From Chiloscyllium plagiosum (taxonomy: Eukaryota), in the NCBI RefSeq assembly GCF_004010195.1, contig NC_057750.1, positions 498,219 to 549,377 on the forward strand: DNA of 51,159 nucleotides, given 5' to 3'. The position numbers were made by a program, and so were the translations under genes. Below, piece after piece: positions 26,166 to 38,659 of the stretch. Position 1 is the stretch's first letter. Each line of letters starts with the position of its first letter. The notes beneath the pieces were generated by a model, which saw nothing but the letters and a program-made list of their open reading frames with translations, had not been told where the DNA came from and did no database searches.

Positions 26166-26488
26166 AAGGTGAAAGGGTTCTGATTGAGTTGGCCCATTGG
26201 CTACTGAGATCTGAGCAACATGAGTGAGCGATGTATGCCATGTGTCTACTTTATTCTGTCACCTCCACTCTGTCATTGGCCATTCATGTGGTGACCGTTG
26301 TTGTCTTGTGTACCTCCTCTCTGCTGTCAGGGTAACAATAACACAATGATCACCCACAGTTCTCTGACTTCTCTGGGGTTGTAACTTCCCAAAGAATTGA
26401 GCTGAGGCAAGATGATGGTAGGACGACATTGGTGAGGGTCACTAGGAGGGATGGGTATGACAAGGCAATAGGATGAGGTCAGTGTCAA

Positions 26489-26578
26489 TGATGAAGGGCT
26501 CTTGCCCAAAACGTTGACTCTCTTGCTCCTCGGATGCTGCCTGACCTGCTATGCTTTTCCAGCGCCACACTCTCGACT
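26489..26578 (+). mobile_element. PLE terminal fragment (family A)
   Basis: tgatgaagggctcttgccc..ggatgctgcctgacctgct; direct repeat AGTGTCAAYGATG at 26481-26493 and 26580-26592. Confidence 0.78.
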
Positions 26579-27470
26579 AAGTGTCAACGATGGCAGATCA
26601 GGGGAAGATAGGAAGGGATAGGGTAGAGTCCACCTACAAGGTTTTGCTGGTGTACAGGGCGCTATGCACAACAAGGCTTGGGGAGACAGAGGGAGAGTGC
26701 TTGACCTTGAAAATGCCCACCCCTCACTTTTACTCCTTCTATCTATTCATTAAACCTCTTGCTGGTTTGAATCCTGCACCACCTTTCTGCTGCTGAGCTC
26801 CTTGGTCGCTTACAGCCTGTTTGCTCCACAGTCAATGTCAACTTCCTATTGGTCAATGTCATCTTCCTGTTGGTCTTCCAGACCACTCAATCACATTGAG
26901 GGCTGTATTGAACAGCACGAGCCAATCTTGCGTTTCCATCTTTGACATTCTTGTTATGACATCTCTATGATGCATCAGTTCTGACTGTCACAGGTTTACT
27001 TTAAATATTTAAATATTGGAACCAAACCAGACTTTCATTAAACCTGCCCCTGCTATTCTTTCAGGAATTCAGACTCAGGGCACCAGAAACTGTTATGTTT
27101 CTGATACGACCTTCCTTCCTTCTCTATTCATGTTTCTGAAAGTTAAAATTCAGCTATTGCCATCAACATAACTATCTTATCATTTACACTCATGCCTTTT
27201 CTGATTTGATGTAATTTATTATTGTCACATCTATGTGTATACAGTGAAATGTTTTGTTTTACGTGCAGTACAGGCAATTCATACCATACAAAGTGCATTC
27301 AGGCGATAGAACAGAGTGCAGAATACAATGATAAACCTGTAGAAAATGTGCATAAAAAACAAGATCAACATTAGATTTGAAAATTGAGAGTCCAGTCAGC
27401 AGTCTAATAACAGCAGGAAGTTGCTGTTCTTAAATCTGTTGATATATGCATTTAGACTTTTGTATCTCCT

Positions 27471-28372
27471 TCTGGATTAGTGGTGCTGGAAGAGCACAGC
27501 AATTCAGGTAACATCCGACAAGCAGCAAAATCGACGTTTCGGGCAAAAGCCCTTCATCAGGAATAAAGGCAGAGAGCCTGAAGTGTGGAGAGATAAGCTA
27601 GAGGAGGGTGGGGGTGGGGAGAGAGTAGCATAGAGTACAATNNNNNNNNNNNNNNNNNNNNNNNNNNNNNNNNNNNNNNNNNNNNNNNNNNNNNNNNNNN
27701 NNNNNNNNNNNNNNNNNNNNNNNNNNNNNNNNNNNNNNNNNNNNNNNNNNNNNNNNNNNNNNNNNNNNNNNNNNNNNNNNNNNNNNNNNNNNNNNNNNNN
27801 NNNNNNNNNNNNNNNNNNNNNNNNNNNNNNNNNNNNNNNNNNNNNNNNNNNNNNNNNNNNNNNNNNNNNNNNNNNNNNNNNNNNNNNNNNNNNNNNNNNN
27901 NNNNNNNNNNNNNNNNNNNNNNNNNNNNNNNNNNNNNNNNNNNNNNNNNNNNNNNNNNNNNNNNNNNNNNNNNNNNNNNNNNNNNNNNNNNNNNNNNNNN
28001 NNNNNNNNNNNNNNNNNNNNNNNNNNNNNNNNNNNNNNNNNNNNNNNNNNNNNNNNNNNNNNNNNNNNNNNNNNNNNNNNNNNNNNNNNNNNNNNNNNNN
28101 NNNNNNNNNNNNNNNNNNNNNNNNNNNNNNNNNGATGATGTGGTTTATGCGAAGGTTTGTAGGGTGGAAGGTGAGCACCAGGGGCATTCTGTCCTTGTTG
28201 CGGTTGGAGGGGTGGGGTCTGAGGGCGGAGGTGCGGGATGTGGACGAGATGCGTTGGAGGGCATCTTTAACCACGGGGGAAGGGAAATTGCGGTCTCTAA
28301 AGAAGGAGGCCATCTGTTGTGTTCTATGGTGGAACTGGTCCTCCTGGGAGCAGATACGGCGGAGGCGGAGGA
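27471..28372 (-). mobile_element. 5'-truncated Penelope-like element (family A) with ORF remnant and terminal hammerhead; contains gap N 27642-28133
   Basis: ORF MASFFRDRNFPSPVVKDALQRI..NKDRMPLVLTFHPTNLRINHII resembles the PLE RT-thumb/linker; TSD TTGTATCTCCT at 27460-27470 and 28373-28383. Confidence 0.82.
27529..27564 (-). ncRNA. Minimal hammerhead motif (family A), core intact
   Basis: Minus strand ATTC-CTGATGA-A-GGGC-TTTT-GCCC-GAA-ACGT-C-GATT, identical to 1997-2032. Confidence 0.7.
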
Positions 28373-28839
28373 TTGTATCTCCTGCCTAACAGAATAGGTT
28401 GGAAGAGATTATAACCGGGATGGGAGAGATCTTTGATGATGTTGACTGCTTTCCCAAGGCAGCAGAAAGTATGGATGGAGCCAATGGGTGGAAGGTTAGT
28501 TCGCATGATGGACTGGGCTGTGTTCACAATTCTCTATAGTTTCTTACGTGCCTGGGCATAGCAGTTGCCAAACCAAACTGTGATCCATTCAAATAAAATG
28601 TTTTTCATGATCCATCTATAAAAATTTGTAAGAGTCCTTATGGATATGCCAAATTTCCTTAGCCTCCTGAGGAAGTGGAGGTGTCATTGTGCTTTCTTGA
28701 CTAGTGCATCAACCTTTGGATTTTGAATTAGTGGCATGTGAATTTTGGTCAACATGGATGAGGAGTTTAATAATTAAATTTTCGGTCTATTTAGAATCAT
28801 GGTTTAAAGCCAGAATGTGTCAGAGAGCAGGCAATTGGC

Positions 28840-29200
28840 AATAGACAATAGGTGCAGGAGTAGGCCATTCTACCCCTCGAGCCCGCACCACCATTCATTA
28901 TGATCATGGCTGATCATCCTTAATCACTATCCTGTTCCTGCCTTATCCCCATAATCCTTGATTCCACAATCCTTGAGAGCTCTATCCAACTCTTTCTTAA
29001 ACGAATCCAGAGACTGGGCCTCCACTGCCTTCTGGGGCAGAGCATTCCACACAGCCACCACTCTCTGGGTGAAGAAGTTTCTCCTCATCTCTGTCCTAAA
29101 TGATCTACCCCTTAGTTTTAAGCAGTGTCCTCTGGTTCGGGACTCACCCATCAGCGGAAACATGTTTCCTGCCTCCAGAGTGTCTAATCCTTTAATCCTG
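28840..29200 (-). mobile_element. Young CR1 3' fragment
   Basis: MFPLMGESRTRGHCLKLRGRSFRTEMRRNFFTQRVVAVWNALP. Confidence 0.9.
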
Positions 29201-29644
29201 CAGTGATCATGTGAGTTTGTGTTGTGAGAGTTTTATCATCAGAGAGAGCAAACACTTGCATAGAACATAGAACATTACAGCACAGTACAGGCCCTTCAGC
29301 CCTTGATGTTGTGCCAACCTATGGAACCAATCTGAAGGCCATCTATTCCATTCTCGTCACTTGCTTTTGGTTTTGGAGAATCAAGAATTGATAGTATTGC
29401 ATAAGAAAAACCCACAGGATGGAAAGCTTTGTTGGCAGTTCATGGAAGAAGCAGCTGGGTTTGATAGTAGAAGAGTTTCTCCCGCAGAAGGAATTAGTTT
29501 AGACCAGGAGTGTTTGGTCAAAACTCTGGAAAGAGGCGATTTGAAGCTGAAAAGGTCTAAACTCAGCTGTATGAATGATCAAAGAACAGGCTATCAAACT
29601 CTCAAGCCCAGGAATTGAAATAAACTATTCAATCAAGCCTGTAG

Positions 29645-29822
29645 TCACAATTCAAAGTTTGGGAGAAGATTTGTAGCTCTGGTGCTCGTTGTTGTGGTTC
29701 TGTTCGCCAAGCTGGGAGTTTGTGTTGCAGACGTTTCGTCCCCTGTCTAGGTGACAGCCTCAGTGCTTGGGAGCCTCCTGTGAAGCGCTTCTGTGATGTT
29801 TCCTCCGGCATTTGTAGTGGTG
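29645..29822 (-). mobile_element. PLE-type terminal fragment (family C)
   Basis: Distinct sequence with a hammerhead motif at 29727-29766; followed by a short family A piece at about 29835-29882. Confidence 0.55.
29727..29766 (-). ncRNA. Minimal hammerhead motif (family C), one core substitution
   Basis: Minus strand GCA-CTGAGGC-T-GTCACCT-AGAC-AGGGGAC-GAA-ACGT-C-TGC: stem I GCA/UGC, 7-position stem II with one mismatch, last core A replaced by C. Confidence 0.62.
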
Positions 29823-30204
29823 GAACCATGACAAATGCCTGACTGGCTGTGCTTTTCCAGTACCATACATTTTGACACTCTAGCGTCTTAACAAGAAGAG
29901 TAACTCGTTCTACAAAATAGTTTAGTTTATAGTTTATTGCATGATAACTGAGGTACAATTCACATTAACAAGTCAGACATAATTACAGGCATTAGGACCC
30001 AGATATGTTGCATCTCTCTTCATCACAATTTCACACAGAGCTGTCATTTCTGCATGCAGAGACTGTGACATCATCAGATTAGGTGGAGCTAATGCAACTT
30101 CAACATTAACTCTTTCAGAACCATTTCCTGAAATAACAGAGAGCAATACTGCCTTACTCAAACAACAGTGTAATTTACATACATTTAGGGTCTAGTATGT
30201 CAGA

Positions 30205-30470
30205 AAATCATAGGACCATAGAATTGCCAGTGTGGAAGCAGGCCATTCAGTCCATCAAGTCCTACACTGACCCTCTGAAGACATCCTATCCATACCCATA
30301 TCCCTACTATACCTTTGTAATCCTGCATATTCCATGGTTAATCCACCTAGCCTGCACACTCCTGAACACTATGGACAATTTAGCTCGGCCAATCCACCAA
30401 AGGTGGATCTTTGACTGTGGGAAGAACCAAGAGAATGTGCCAACTCCACACATTGACAGTCACCCAAGGG
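30205..30470 (-). mobile_element. HE1-like SINE fragment, diverged
   Basis: gtgtggaagcaggccattcag..ggacaatttagc..caactccacac. Confidence 0.65.
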
Positions 30471-31826
30471 TGGGCTGCCCCAAAGCACTTTACAGGAGCA
30501 TCGTCAGATACAATTTGACACCAAAAATGACACAAGGAGATATTTGGGCAGCTGGCTGAAGGAAAAACAATCAAAGAGCCCTAAATTAAGGAAACTCTTA
30601 AAGAGGGTAAGGCTGAGGCAGAGACAGGGAAGTTCAGCTGGAGAAATTCCAGAGCTGAAAGTCCAGGGCAGCTGAAGGCATGGACACTAAAACCAGATAC
30701 AATCAAGTGAATACACTTAGGGAAGCACAGAGATCTCACACAGCTCTGGGGCCAGGATGTTCCTTTTGATCTGAGTCGTCAAGGACATGGAAGAATTTGA
30801 AAGCACGCGTGAGAATTTTAAAATTGAGATGCTATTTCACAGGGTGATTGGATGAGTCAGCAATCACAGTGGTGATATGTAAATAGTACTTTAGCAAAAA
30901 CTTACATGGAGTGTTCATGATTTAAAGCTCTGCAGGTGAATTTATACCAGGAATTAATTCAGAGGTGTGCAGCATTGCTGAGATCCTAATGTATCCCATA
31001 GTATTCATGACGCCATGTGTAGAGATTACGTGCAAGAGATGGAGAGAGAGACTGAAGTAACAGTGAACTAAGTGATGGCCAAGTCTGGTGAATTAAGTTG
31101 TTTTGAAGCAGAACTCATTACCATTTGGTTAATTAGGGACAAAATCACAGAAATGTTTCCTTGTCCTCATCACTATCCACTGACACCTATTGAAGAAAGC
31201 AGGATATGAGTGGGTTCACTGAGGGCAGAATCAGAGTTGGATTCTTTCAAATAAGATAAATAGACAAAAAAAACAGAAATTGCTGGAAAAGCTCAGCAGA
31301 TTGCCATTGCTGACTCAACACATCTGGCAGCATTTGTGGAGAGATATCAGATCTGCTGAGCTTTTCCAGCAACTTCTGTTTTTTGTTTCTGATTTCCAGC
31401 CTCCGCACTTCTTTGAGTTTTTATTTAGATAAACAGACAAACAGATTCACAAGCAGAATGATCAGCTGACCAAGGGAGGGGAGACAAGACAATGTTCAAG
31501 GAACAGTACCCAGTGATTGGGAATGTACTGGGATAGGGGAATCCAATAAAATAAAAACACATTATACCAACTGTAGCACCACATTTATTAATGGAACAAT
31601 CAGCCCTCGTCAGATTCTCTGCTGTCCTGGAACCTATATAAGGTGACTTTATATTAGAAACCTCTCAAGTGATTTATATGTCTGTTTGCCGTGCTTTAAT
31701 GTCCTCAATAAAAGAATTCAGGGTAATTGGGGAATAATTTTGGTTAGAATTGGAATGTGTTTAATTATCCTGCTTTAAGGAGAAATCTGTGTAAGGGAAA
31801 CAAGTGAATTGGATTAATCTATTAAT

Positions 31827-32072
31827 GTCGAGAGTGTGGTGCTGGAAAAGTACAGGTCAGGCAGCATTCGAGGAGCAGAAGAATTAATGTTTCAGGCAAA
31901 AGCCCTTCATCAGGAAGAACAGCACGTGGTTTGGTCTAGGAACACATTACTGCGGATGCTGGAATCTGCACTGAAAATAAAAAAAAGTGCTGGAGATCAC
32001 AGTGGGTCAGGCAGCATCCATAGGGAGTGAGCAAACTAACGTTTTGAATATAAATGACTCTTCATCAGAGCT
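31827..32072 (-). mobile_element. Two adjacent PLE terminal fragments (family A at 31827-31917; a GAGTC-stem variant at about 31948-32072)
   Basis: gcccttcatcaggaa and gactcttcatcagagct are reverse complements of CTGATGA cores. Confidence 0.7.
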
Positions 32073-32310
32073 TGAAATAAAATCTTTTGGAATTCAATGG
32101 CTGATGGGAAGTGGAAACATGGAAGCAAATGGAAAGAAATTTAAGGAAATACTAACTCCCTATATAACTTATAACTTATAAAGATCAGGACTATCTTCAT
32201 ATAGTAAAAAACACATTTATGGTTTTGCAAAACTCTGGAATTCTGTATAATGATAATATGGAGAATGGAGCAAACGTGAGAGAAAGGAATTTGGAACGAT
32301 CAATCACAAC

Positions 32311-32718
32311 GGCTCAGTGGTTATAGCACTGCTGCCTCGCAGCACCATGGACCCAGGTTCGATTCCACCCTCGGGTAACTATCTGAGTGGAGCTTGCACT
32401 TTCTCCCCGTGTCTGTGTGGGTTTCTTCTGGGTGCTCCGGTTTCCTCCCACAGTCCAAAGATGTGCTGGTTAGGTGGATTGGCTGTGCTAAATTGCCTAG
32501 GCAGAAGTGGGTACTGCAGATGCTGGAGATCAGAGTCAAGGTTAGAGTGGTGCTGGAAAAGCACAGCAGGTCAGGTAGCATCATAGTGTTACAGGGATAT
32601 GTGGGTTAGCCATGGGAAATGCAGGGTTACAGAGATGAATGGGTAGATGCTCTCTGGAGGTCTGTTGCAGACATGATGGGCCAAATAGCCTCTTATCTGC
32701 ACTGTAGAGATTCTGTGA
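32311..32718 (+). mobile_element. HE1-like V-SINE interrupted by a PLE family A piece (about 32498-32581)
   Basis: ggctcagtggtta head, ggttcgattcc B box, V-domain; SINE resumes at catagtgtt. Confidence 0.8.
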
Positions 32719-32981
32719 ACCACATTGCAATTGAATAGCAGAGTAGATTGGAGGTTGTTATGAATGACCTCTTCATCTTCCTGTCTGATTACAGTTCAAG
32801 TTTGCTGGTTCATTAGGGAACCCATTGCATATGCATTAAGTAGAGGACACAATGTAATAAACAGAATTAGTTTAGGTTGGAAGTAATAAATGCTATATTG
32901 CAAATAAAATGTTAAGCATGCATTGTCTTTTTCAAGACATCCTGAAAGTATTACTAAATGCCTGTTGTTTTGTTTTCCCAG

Positions 32982-33000
32982 CTTTCTGATCTGATTGATC
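32982..33000 (+). other. 5' UTR portion of the first coding exon; implies at least one upstream non-coding exon
   Basis: Acceptor cctgttgttttgttttcccAG lies 19 nt upstream of the ATG. Confidence 0.65.
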
Positions 33001-34385
33001 ATGGAGAGGCTCCTCTTCTCACTGCTCCTGCTCAGTTTGACTGTCAAGGCTCAGCTTTGTCCAAAGCGTTGCATCTGCCAGAACCTCTCCCCTTCCCTCT
33101 CCATCCTCTGTGCCAAAACTGGGCTTCTCTTTGTGCCTCCATTTATCGACAGGAGGACGGTGGAGCTGCGCCTAACCGATAACTTCATCACCACGGTGAA
33201 GAGGAAAGACTTTGCCAACATGACCAGCCTTGTCCACCTCACGTTGTCGAGGAATACAATCAGCCAGATCATGCCTCACACCTTTGGTGACCTCCGCGGT
33301 CTTCGGGCTCTACACCTGGACAGTAACAGACTGACCAGAGTCAACCCTGAGCACTTCAATGGCCTAATCAATCTCCGACACCTGATCCTTAGCAACAACC
33401 AGCTGCATTACATCGCAGCTGACTCATTTGATGACTTTATCGTATCTCTCGAAGATCTGGACCTCTCCTACAACAACCTGGAGAATCTGCCTTGGGAAAC
33501 TATTGGCAAAATGACAAACGTCAACTCCCTCAGTCTGGACCATAACCTCATTGACTTTGTTCCCGAAGGGACATTTTCAAACCTTCATAAATTGGCTCGA
33601 TTAGATATGACATCCAACAAACTGCACAAGTTACCTCCTGATCCCCTCTTTCTAAGAGTTCAAATGTTTGCAAGGACAAAAGGCTCTCCGCTCACCTCTC
33701 TGGTGCTTAGTTTTGGTGGGAATCCGTTGCATTGTAACTGTGAGCTACTCTGGTTGAGACGCCTTACAAGGGAGGACGATCTGGAAACATGTGCCTCACC
33801 GCCTCATTTAATGGGTAAATATTTCTGGTTCATCCCTGAGGAGGAATTTACCTGTGATCCTCCACTCATTACACGACATACCTCCAAAACATTTGTCATG
33901 GAAGGTCAGCGAGCTATGTTGAAATGTAAAGCAGTGGGGGACCCAGACCCATTCATCCACTGGACCTCACCAGATGGAAGGCTGATCTCAAATTCATCCA
34001 GGGCCATCACCTATGAGAACGGAACCCTGCATATCATAATTGCCACCCCAAAAGACAGCGGGACCTTTACTTGCATTGCCTCCAATGCTGGTGGCGAAGC
34101 CATGGCCCAAGTGGAGTTGATTGTCAATCCTCTTCCACATTTTGCCAACGGCACAAATAACATCAAGGAACCAGATCCCGGTTCATCGGACATCACCACG
34201 TCTGCCAAGTCAGGTTCTCCGCCAGTTACTAATGACACAAAAGCTACGCAGGACAAGAAGGTCATTGCAACTGACCTCACATCGTCCTCCGTACAGATTC
34301 GATGGCCCTCACAGCGAAATATTCCTGGAATCCGAATGTACCAAGTCCAGTATAACAGCTCATCTGACGATGTACTCGTTTACAG
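33001..34385 (+). CDS. lrfn1l: LRFN/SALM family protein (LRR and fibronectin type III domain-containing protein 1-like), first coding exon: signal peptide, LRRNT, LRRs, LRRCT, Ig domain, first part of FN3
   Basis: Long clean [50 protein letters not shown]...[26 protein letters not shown]...[20 protein letters not shown]. Pyrimidine-rich acceptor tgttttcccAG ends at 32981. ATG at 33001 has A at -3 and G at +4. Donor TACAG|GTAAAT follows 34385 (phase 2). Family assignment is secure; the paralogue name (lrfn1l vs LRFN1/LRFN3) rests on remembered similarity and needs a tree. Confidence 0.93.
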
Positions 34386-34944
34386 GTAAATCAATCACTT
34401 GCTACTTACCCAGCATGAGACCGTCACATAACACTTTGCAGAATTAAAGACAAACTTCCAATGGGAACATGAGGAGCTTTTGTGGCTCAATGGTAGTGTC
34501 CCTATCTCCTAGCTTGATGTTAAAGTCTCACCTGCCCAGACATGTGTGTTACCATATAAGAACAGAATGTTTAAGTAATATCTTCATAAAGAATACTCAA
34601 AGGTGTAATCTGAAAAACTGTGTCAGCTACTCAGAAAATACACAATGACGTGTCTGTGGCACATTTTTTGTGATTAAATATTTGTAATTGCAAAGATTTG
34701 TTGAAAGTATTTCATAATTTAATAAACCCAGTTATACTGTTGCTGTCGGGCCAAATGAGGCCATTTCACCCTCCCAAAGGTGATGCCATTAATATTCTAT
34801 TTTAATGTTGGCTGCCTTTCACCAATAAAGCTTCACCAGCTTTTGTGCTGTCCAATATCCCATTGCCACTGATCAGGGTCCGTTAGAGTTGCAGGCTGTA
34901 GTATAACTCTTATCGATCATATGGCAGTGGGAGATTTGCATTAA

Positions 34945-35370
34945 CCATAGAAACATAGAAAATAAGCAGGCCACTCAGCCCCTTTAAGGCTGCTCCACCA
35001 TTCGATATAATCATGGCTGATCATCCAACCCAGTACCTGGTTCCAGCTTTCTCCCCCATAACCTTTGATGCATTTAGCGGTAAGAACTATAACTAACTCC
35101 TTCTTGAAAGATTCAATGTTTTAGTCTCAATTGCCTTCTGTAGCAGTGAAGGAATTTCCCCCTCTCTCAGTCCTCATTGCCATATCCCATATCCTCAGAC
35201 TGTGACCCCCTGAGTCATCGGGAACCCACTTCCTGCCTTTACTTTGTCTAGTCCTGTTTGAAGCATGTATGTTTCTATGAGTACTCCACCCACCCCCATA
35301 TTCTTCTAAACTTCAATGAATATAGTCTTAACCGATCCAGTCTCCCTTCATAAGTCAGTCCTATTGTAAG
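34945..35370 (-). mobile_element. CR1 3' fragment in intron
   Basis: GLTYEGRLDRLRLYSLKFRRI on minus; catagaaacatagaa tail. Confidence 0.75.
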
Positions 35371-35803
35371 AAACCACAAAGACTTCTTGCTACTGAGATA
35401 TGCAATGCATTGAAACAAACAACATTGTAATTTGTGGATTTGGTTCAATAACTCACTGCACCAATGTCTATCTTTAGTCATGTAGCTAGAAAAAAGCACA
35501 GAGCAGAGTCTAATAAGCACACTTTATTGTTACAGCTTCAACATCATAAAATGTTGCAAGGTGTCTCACAGGGCAATGATAAAATTACATAAGGAAATTT
35601 AAAAGGCCAATACCCAAAATCCTGGCTGAAAACTTAGTTTGAAAGGTTGAGGTCTGTGGAAGGGTCAATCAACCCGAAACGTTAACTTTGATTCTTCTAC
35701 GCACATGCTGCCAGACCTGCTGAGTTTTTCCAGCAATTTCTGTTTTTGACTCTCTTTTGAGGAGGGTTTTAAAGGAGGAGAGAGAGACAGAGAGAGAGAG
35801 AGA

Positions 35804-36303
35804 NNNNNNNNNNNNNNNNNNNNNNNNNNNNNNNNNNNNNNNNNNNNNNNNNNNNNNNNNNNNNNNNNNNNNNNNNNNNNNNNNNNNNNNNNNNNNNNNN
35901 NNNNNNNNNNNNNNNNNNNNNNNNNNNNNNNNNNNNNNNNNNNNNNNNNNNNNNNNNNNNNNNNNNNNNNNNNNNNNNNNNNNNNNNNNNNNNNNNNNNN
36001 NNNNNNNNNNNNNNNNNNNNNNNNNNNNNNNNNNNNNNNNNNNNNNNNNNNNNNNNNNNNNNNNNNNNNNNNNNNNNNNNNNNNNNNNNNNNNNNNNNNN
36101 NNNNNNNNNNNNNNNNNNNNNNNNNNNNNNNNNNNNNNNNNNNNNNNNNNNNNNNNNNNNNNNNNNNNNNNNNNNNNNNNNNNNNNNNNNNNNNNNNNNN
36201 NNNNNNNNNNNNNNNNNNNNNNNNNNNNNNNNNNNNNNNNNNNNNNNNNNNNNNNNNNNNNNNNNNNNNNNNNNNNNNNNNNNNNNNNNNNNNNNNNNNN
36301 NNN
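35804..36303. other. Assembly gap (500 N) following a (GA)n run
   Basis: Seen directly. Confidence 0.99.
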
Positions 36304-36589
36304 TTCTTGGGATTGTCTGCGTTTTGGCGTTGGCATGTAGGCATTAGTTGGTTTTTGAGTGTAGATAGGACAGAAACCAGTGGGTGGATTTATTTAAATT
36401 GTGTCACAATGTTACTCTGTATGTGGGATTTTGTTTACAAATTTGTGGGATTGAAATTCACCTCAACAAACAACACAGAAAAGGTTTTAGAGCATTGATC
36501 AGTTACTTAGCCATTTGGTCAATCTCTGCATTCAGCTGTAGTATGCAGCATGTTTAGCAATTTCTTTGGATTTTATTGGAACAACAAGA

Positions 36590-37110
36590 GAAGAAGTAGG
36601 CCATTCAGTCCATCAATTCTGCTCCACCATTCATGAAATCAGAGCTGATCTGATCATCCTCAACTCCATTTTCCTGTCTTTTCCGCAAAACTCTTGGTTC
36701 CCTTCTTGGTTAGAAATCTGTCTCTCTCCATCTTGAGTTTGCTTAATGACCCAACCTTGACAGCTCTCTGCAGTAAAGAATCCCAGAGATTCATTACCTT
36801 CTGAAGGCAGAAAAGCCTCTTCATCTCTGTCTTAAATGTGCAATTCCTCATTCTCAGATGATGTCCCCTGGTCCAGAAGGGTAAACAACCTTCCCATATC
36901 TACTCTGTCAAGTCCCTAAATATCTTACATGTTTCAATAAGGGTCACCTCTCACTCTTCTAAACTTCAGTGAGTACCGACACAACCTACTCGATCTCTCC
37001 CTATAATACAGTCCCTCCACAGCCAATAGCATCATAATGAACTGTCTCTGAACTGCCTCCAATGGGTCCTAAAACTGTTCAGAATGTTCAGCTGTAATCT
37101 AACTAGTGTC
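36590..37110 (-). mobile_element. CR1 3' fragment in intron
   Basis: FKTEMKRLFCLQKVMNLWDSLLQRAV. Confidence 0.78.
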
Positions 37111-37799
37111 TTCACTTCCCTGTTAATAGAACCAGCCAGCAGATGAAACAAAGCAAGTTGCATACAGCAGGATTTATAGGGGTCTGAGTGAAATGATCTG
37201 TGGCAGAATCACATGAGGAATCCAGTCAGGTCCATCTTAATGTGGGGAGCAAGTCATTGTCTGTGCTAAGCAGCGAGGGTGACGTTCTCGCTAGTCAGCG
37301 GAAAATTCCTAAGTAAAGGGGTTTATGGCTTGTTAAACACTAGACATCAAGGTTTCAAGATGTGGGTGTCAGAGTGAGTACCTGATAACTCACAACTTGC
37401 TCCAAAGGGCCTCCATGTTGGATACTGAGTACACACCATGGCCACTGACCACACACACATCCCACATCCACAAACATTGGCATCCAATATGCCAGCCTCC
37501 TGGTACATCTCCAATCCACTTACAGGATGTTTCTGCCCTTCAATGCTGCCCTTTGGGCTGTACCAGCCACTCCCATTGTAACACTGCAGCGAGGACGCTG
37601 TGTGCTCAGGGCTTTTAAGTTTATTTACTTCCTCAGTCTCACAGCTCCCTTCCCCACTCCAGTGTCATAGCTGCATCCTGTTTACGTGGGCTTAAACACA
37701 CTTAATGTTTACCACTTGCATTTTTCAACTTTAACAACGGCATTAAATAACCATGCAATGCAATTATCCAAACATTATACCCTCTTCATTTCTAAACGT

Positions 37800-38450
37800 G
37801 CTAGAAACTAGTCGCAGATTAGATCATTCAGCTCATTAAGCCCTGCTTCACCATTCAATAAGCTCACCGATGTGTGTATTTTCCATAGTCGGCAATTCCA
37901 TCTTCTCCCAAAAACTTTAGACCTCCCTTTCTGTTGAGAATCGATCTGTCTCTACCTCAATAATACTCAATGGCCTCCTTCCACCGCCTCCTGAGGCAGA
38001 GAGTTTCAAAGACTCACAACACTCTGAAAGAAAAACCCTCATCTCTGTCCTGAAAGGGTGACTCCCTAATTTTAATCAGTGCCCCCTAGTTCTAGACTGA
38101 CCCACCAGAGTGACCATCCTTTCCCCATCCACCGTGTCCAGCCCATTCAGGATCTGATACACTTCAATCAGATTACCCCCTCACTCTGTAACCCCCAGTG
38201 AGAACCAGCCCAGTCTGTCCAACTTTTCTTCATCAAACAACCCCCTCGGTCCAGGGACCAATTCAGTTAACCCCCTCTAGACCACCTCCAATGAATTAGT
38301 ATCCTTTCTTAAATAAGGAGACCAAAACTGTGCTTGGTATTCAAGATGCGGTCACATGATATCTGTCTATATCTGAAGCCTAACATCCTTACATTTATGT
38401 TAATTCTTCATGTAATAAAGGATAGGATCTCATTAACTTCCTTGATTAAA
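37800..38450 (-). mobile_element. CR1 3' fragment in intron
   Basis: Reverse-complement similarity to the plus-strand CR1 at 3690-4140 (cattcaggatctgatacacttcaatca; aaataaggagaccaaaactgt). Confidence 0.75.
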
Positions 38451-38659
38451 ATCTAGTTCTTTGAACATATCTTTGGTAGGTTGTGCTAACATTTCCTAAT
38501 GTGGCTGAGTATCACAGCTCATTATCTAGCCCTCCTGCAATGCACCTCAAGTCATTTTGCTATGCAAGTGGAACAATTTAGATATAAATTGCTGGATTTG
38601 AGTTTCACTGGAGTGTTGCAGGATCATGTTTATTGATATAATCTTAAATTGTTTTACAG

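Larger units (their letters stand above)
27210..28710 (-). mobile_element. Rex1/Babar-like LINE 3' fragment split by a PLE insertion
   Basis: Minus ORF NTAQSIMRTNLP..AVNIIKDLSHPGYNLFQPILLGRRY resembles the Rex1/Babar C-terminal HP.H.LF.LLPSGRRY motif. Confidence 0.65.
34386..38659 (+). other. GT-AG phase-2 intron of the LRFN gene (contains an N-gap and CR1 fragments)
   Basis: GTAAAT donor and ttttacAG acceptor; reading frame is restored across the junction inside the FN3 domain, as in other LRFN genes. Confidence 0.9.

Noticed and set aside
32995..33000. ORF-track start at 32995 (TTG)
   Set aside because: Non-ATG start; the ATG at 33001 has good context and begins the signal peptide.
38649..38659. 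ORF-track N-terminus MFYR of the 204-aa ORF
   Set aside because: Intronic acceptor sequence; the exon begins at 38660.
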